29,758 nt of DNA, taken from contig JBHLQM010000045.1 in assembly GCA_048884785.1 (NCBI GenBank), forward strand, positions 1 to 29,758. The letters run 5' to 3'. The notes under the pieces are model-generated. The model saw only the letters and a program-made list of their open reading frames with translations, was not told the DNA's origin and made no database searches. Shown here one piece after another: positions 27,070 through 29,758 of this stretch. Every line of letters begins with the position of its first letter. The stretch's first letter is position 1. The DNA comes from Candidatus Thorarchaeota archaeon. GTDB lineage: Archaea > Asgardarchaeota > Thorarchaeia > Thorarchaeales > Thorarchaeaceae. The position numbers and the translations under genes are program-made.

Positions 27070-27261
27070 TCATGACACCGTGGGTTGAATGATTGAAGGG
27101 CGATTTGAACCTATCTCCACAAGTTTCCTCAGTATCAGTCTATTCAAGTCACTCCACACTAGACCTTCGTGTCATCACTGGCATCATTGGCACTGGTCCG
27201 GTTTCCACCACTATCATCACTGTAAATCAGGATAGAATGGAGGCAGTCAGTGCTTTGATTC

Positions 27262-29106
27262 TCATTTTCTTGATTTGAGATTCAAGACTATTACCACAAT
27301 AACAATGACAGCTGCTCCAGCACCCATGATTATGAGATAAAGGCGAAAGTCTGTTGGTGCATTAGGTGTTGCTGGGGTTTCAGATGTTGCAGTTGTAGGA
27401 GGTTCGGTTGCGGTTGTGGTTGGAGATGTAGTTGCAGTACCGTAAGACAGGCGATAAATCTGCCCGGAATGAGTGCACACTAGTTCGTTCCTGCTATTCT
27501 CAAAGAGCCCTATATTGTCAATCCCCACTTTGTTCTGTGCAAAGATATAGGAGCTGCTACCATTAACAGGAAAAGCCTGTAAATCGTCATTACGACACAG
27601 AATAACGGCGTTTAGGATAGTTGAGAATCCAATGGGGGGCGAAACCAGGTATTCTAATTCAACAAAATCACTGAAGAGAACCTGCAGCTCACTTGTGCCA
27701 TCAGGAATCTTATAGAGAGCATTCTCAGATCGTTCTGCAACATAGATATTTCCACTTCTATCTGCAATGCAATCCCCTCTCGTTACATCCTCAATCGTTA
27801 CAATCTTTGTGAAATCATACGGATTATCAATAGGTAGACTCCAGAGATCGAAACTGCTATTCGCGAAATTGGATGTCATCAGTATCATCTGATCGTTTTT
27901 CGAGTCGTAAGCAAGCGAATTTGGAAACCCATCTATTAATCCGGTTCCGACAAACCAAGTTGAGTTGGTGCCGTCAGTATTTATTCTAAGAATTAAGGCC
28001 GAGTCGTTGCCAAGACTGGCATAGATGCGTTCATCGCCGTCCAGCACAAGACTTCCGCAGGCGTAAGGCAAATCGGAGATGAAATCATCAAATGAACCCG
28101 CATCGATACGATAAATGGAGTCTTCCAAGCCCAAGAGGAGTAGTCCGTCCGATGTTTCAATGATTGCTTTGACACTTACCTGAGGCGTCAATCTTTTCGG
28201 TTGTGTAGCATTGGGATTGTACTGAACTGCACAGCCACCGCCACCGAGTACAGCTAGAATAGACTCGAATTTACTGGACCAGCTAATTGGACCTATTCCA
28301 TACCCTGCATTCATGATGTTTTCAAATCCGGAGCCATTGTATTTGTAGAATCCACTATTAGTGCCCTCTGCAACGAGATAGTAGAGGTCCCCAACCGGAC
28401 TAGTAGCAATACTAATGCCCTCTCCGGTGCCCGGAAGTGCTATGCCAGAGGTAAGAGTGGTTGTTGTGTTTGCAGTGAGGTTAAGACATGTTATCCTTCC
28501 AAGATATGTTTCTGAGTAATAGAGTAAATTGAGTGAAGTATCCAATGCAACCTGGGAGCAGCCAAGAATCCCTGATCGTATTGTTGAGATATAAGTCCCA
28601 TTTGCATCGAAATGATATATGCTTGAATCATTTTCTGAGCTTGCAGTATAAATCGAATCATCTGTTGGATTCACGGTCAATGTAGTGAAGCTCACATTCG
28701 ATGGATACTCTTTGATTACCTCAAGTCCACCTTCATTTGAAATGAAGATTGCCCTCTCTCCAATACCAACTATGCGATCTGCATTGGGCTGATATCCAAT
28801 GCAATCTAGAGATATGTTTCCTATCGACATATATGCGGAAACACTGCCATTCAACTGAAGCTCTAGAATCTCATACATTGGCTTATCAAGAATGAGAACC
28901 TCAAATGCATTTGTTTCACAGATTGAGATTGGGCCCAATGGACTTGTCTGATAAACAGTTTCTGATGTCCATCCTTGAGGTAAGTCAGTCATCGCATCAA
29001 GATAATTTTCATTACTTGATATTATAAGATTGAGTCCATGAGGTCCTGCATGCAATGCAGACAAAAACATCAGGGTTAAAGCGAGAATAGACGCACTCTT
29101 GGGCAA
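27262..29106 (-). CDS. Membrane-anchored surface glycoprotein with beta-propeller-type repeats
   Basis: Signal peptide; blade-like repeats (ALDTSLNLLYYSE, ATSPVGDLYY, LDGDERIYAS, ADRSGNIYVAE); Thr/Pro linker, C-terminal TM + KSRK; many sequons; TTG start after a GGAGG SD. Confidence 0.8.
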   Translation of the reverse strand: MPKSASILALTLMFLSALHAGPHGLNLIISSNENYLDAMTDLPQGWTSETVYQTSPLGPISICETNAFEVLILDKPMYEILELQLNGSVSAYMSIGNISLDCIGYQPNADRIVGIGERAIFISNEGGLEVIKEYPSNVSFTTLTVNPTDDSIYTASSENDSSIYHFDANGTYISTIRSGILGCSQVALDTSLNLLYYSETYLGRITCLNLTANTTTTLTSGIALPGTGEGISIATSPVGDLYYLVAEGTNSGFYKYNGSGFENIMNAGYGIGPISWSSKFESILAVLGGGGCAVQYNPNATQPKRLTPQVSVKAIIETSDGLLLLGLEDSIYRIDAGSFDDFISDLPYACGSLVLDGDERIYASLGNDSALILRINTDGTNSTWFVGTGLIDGFPNSLAYDSKNDQMILMTSNFANSSFDLWSLPIDNPYDFTKIVTIEDVTRGDCIADRSGNIYVAERSENALYKIPDGTSELQVLFSDFVELEYLVSPPIGFSTILNAVILCRNDDLQAFPVNGSSSYIFAQNKVGIDNIGLFENSRNELVCTHSGQIYRLSYGTATTSPTTTATEPPTTATSETPATPNAPTDFRLYLIIMGAGAAVIVIVVIVLNLKSRK

Positions 29107-29187
29107 ATGAACAAACCTCCTTTCGCAGCATGAAACTGCAGGTAATTGTCACTTATTATTATTAGCTGGCTCTTTCGTACCTTCATT

Positions 29188-29604
29188 TCAGCCTCCCCAC
29201 CAGTCCGGAACCTCGTGGTCTAACCAGACAGGGTCGGGTGTGATTTCATCCGCTGTGTCTTTCCCCATGCTGTCATGGATTACATGATTGAATGTTTCAC
29301 TCGGGCTCACGGTCATGTCGTTCTCCACTACTACCTGACAGGAGAGGAACACAGCAGGATGGTCGAATTGGCTTCCGCCAGATCGTATCCGTTTCTCAAA
29401 GAGATCTTGCTGTGCCTGAGTCTTCTTTGTTGGTACTCCTTTGTGAATGGTGACTCTGCAGGTAGTGCATTTGGCATTTCCTCCACAGCTATGGACTATG
29501 TCGGTCTGATGATCCATGAGGACTTTGAGTAGCTTTGTCCCTCTTTCCACACTGATTTCCTTCTGGACCTCACCCATGAAATCGACAACTGTTACCTTTG
29601 GCAT
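29188..29604 (-). CDS. 2Fe-2S ferredoxin (adrenodoxin-like cluster motif)
   Basis: HSCGGNAKCTTCRV...LSCQ (C-x5-C-x2-C...C). Confidence 0.9.
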   Translation of the reverse strand: MPKVTVVDFMGEVQKEISVERGTKLLKVLMDHQTDIVHSCGGNAKCTTCRVTIHKGVPTKKTQAQQDLFEKRIRSGGSQFDHPAVFLSCQVVVENDMTVSPSETFNHVIHDSMGKDTADEITPDPVWLDHEVPDWWGG

Positions 29605-29686
29605 AACCGAATTATTGGCGTAGCTCCATTAAAATTCATTCCATGAGCCCCGTGATAATAGCACCGCCAGTTGTGAAACTCGGCTC

Positions 29687-29758
29687 TCACATGTCTTCTT
29701 GCATGAGCTCTAATATGAGCTGTGATAGTTCCTCAGGTTTATCCTCTTGAAGAAAATG
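29687..29758 (-). CDS. C-terminal end of an alpha/beta hydrolase (haloalkane dehalogenase-like), cut by the window edge
   Basis: Minus strand reads HFLQEDKPEELSQLILELMQEDM*; HFLQED is the catalytic-His motif of this family. Confidence 0.65.
   Translation of the reverse strand, partial: HFLQEDKPEELSQLILELMQEDM

Noticed and set aside
106-29532. Numerous 60-120 aa ORFs nested in or antisense to longer genes
   Set aside because: Shadow ORFs with no motifs, fully overlapping well-supported CDSs.
1-29758. CRISPR arrays, tRNA/rRNA, transposases, integrases, defence systems
   Set aside because: No regularly spaced repeats, cloverleaf patterns or relevant catalytic motifs were seen by eye.

Overview
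Gene-dense archaeal chromosomal segment with no rRNA, tRNA, CRISPR array, transposase or phage gene that I can detect. The archaeal call rests on TATA-box promoters, MtrH, a geranylgeranyl reductase-family gene, membrane-tethered wHTH regulators, and heavily N-glycosylatable surface proteins with Thr/Pro linker + TM + basic tail anchors. The style suggests an Asgard archaeon such as Thorarchaeia, but that is inference only. Most genes are accessory enzymes: Thr/Ser dehydratase, stand-alone E2 acyltransferase domain, alpha/alpha-toroid QW-repeat protein, AmrS radical SAM, S9 peptidase, SDR, Adc-like, SnoaL-like, DUF1846, GGR, PaaI thioesterase, MtrH, 4-OT tautomerase, CPBP protease and a 2Fe-2S ferredoxin. 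Two things stand out. (1) An overlapping gene pair encodes a membrane-anchored cohesin-like protein (2085-2786) and a secreted, anchor-less 916-aa protein with an internal dockerin and a Trp-rich beta domain (2779-5529), i.e. a non-cellulosomal cohesin-dockerin surface-display module. (2) Two tandem ~515-aa paralogs with a putative double wHTH/Lrp-like architecture flank a small ORF carried in a highly structured transcript, whose TATA + leader motif recurs with identical spacing 3,397 bp downstream in front of an unrelated membrane-protein gene. There is also a junction where two divergent genes appear to have lost their 5' ends, duplicated 64-aa membrane proteins, and several operator-like palindromes. 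All family calls come from motif recognition by eye; no searches were run.
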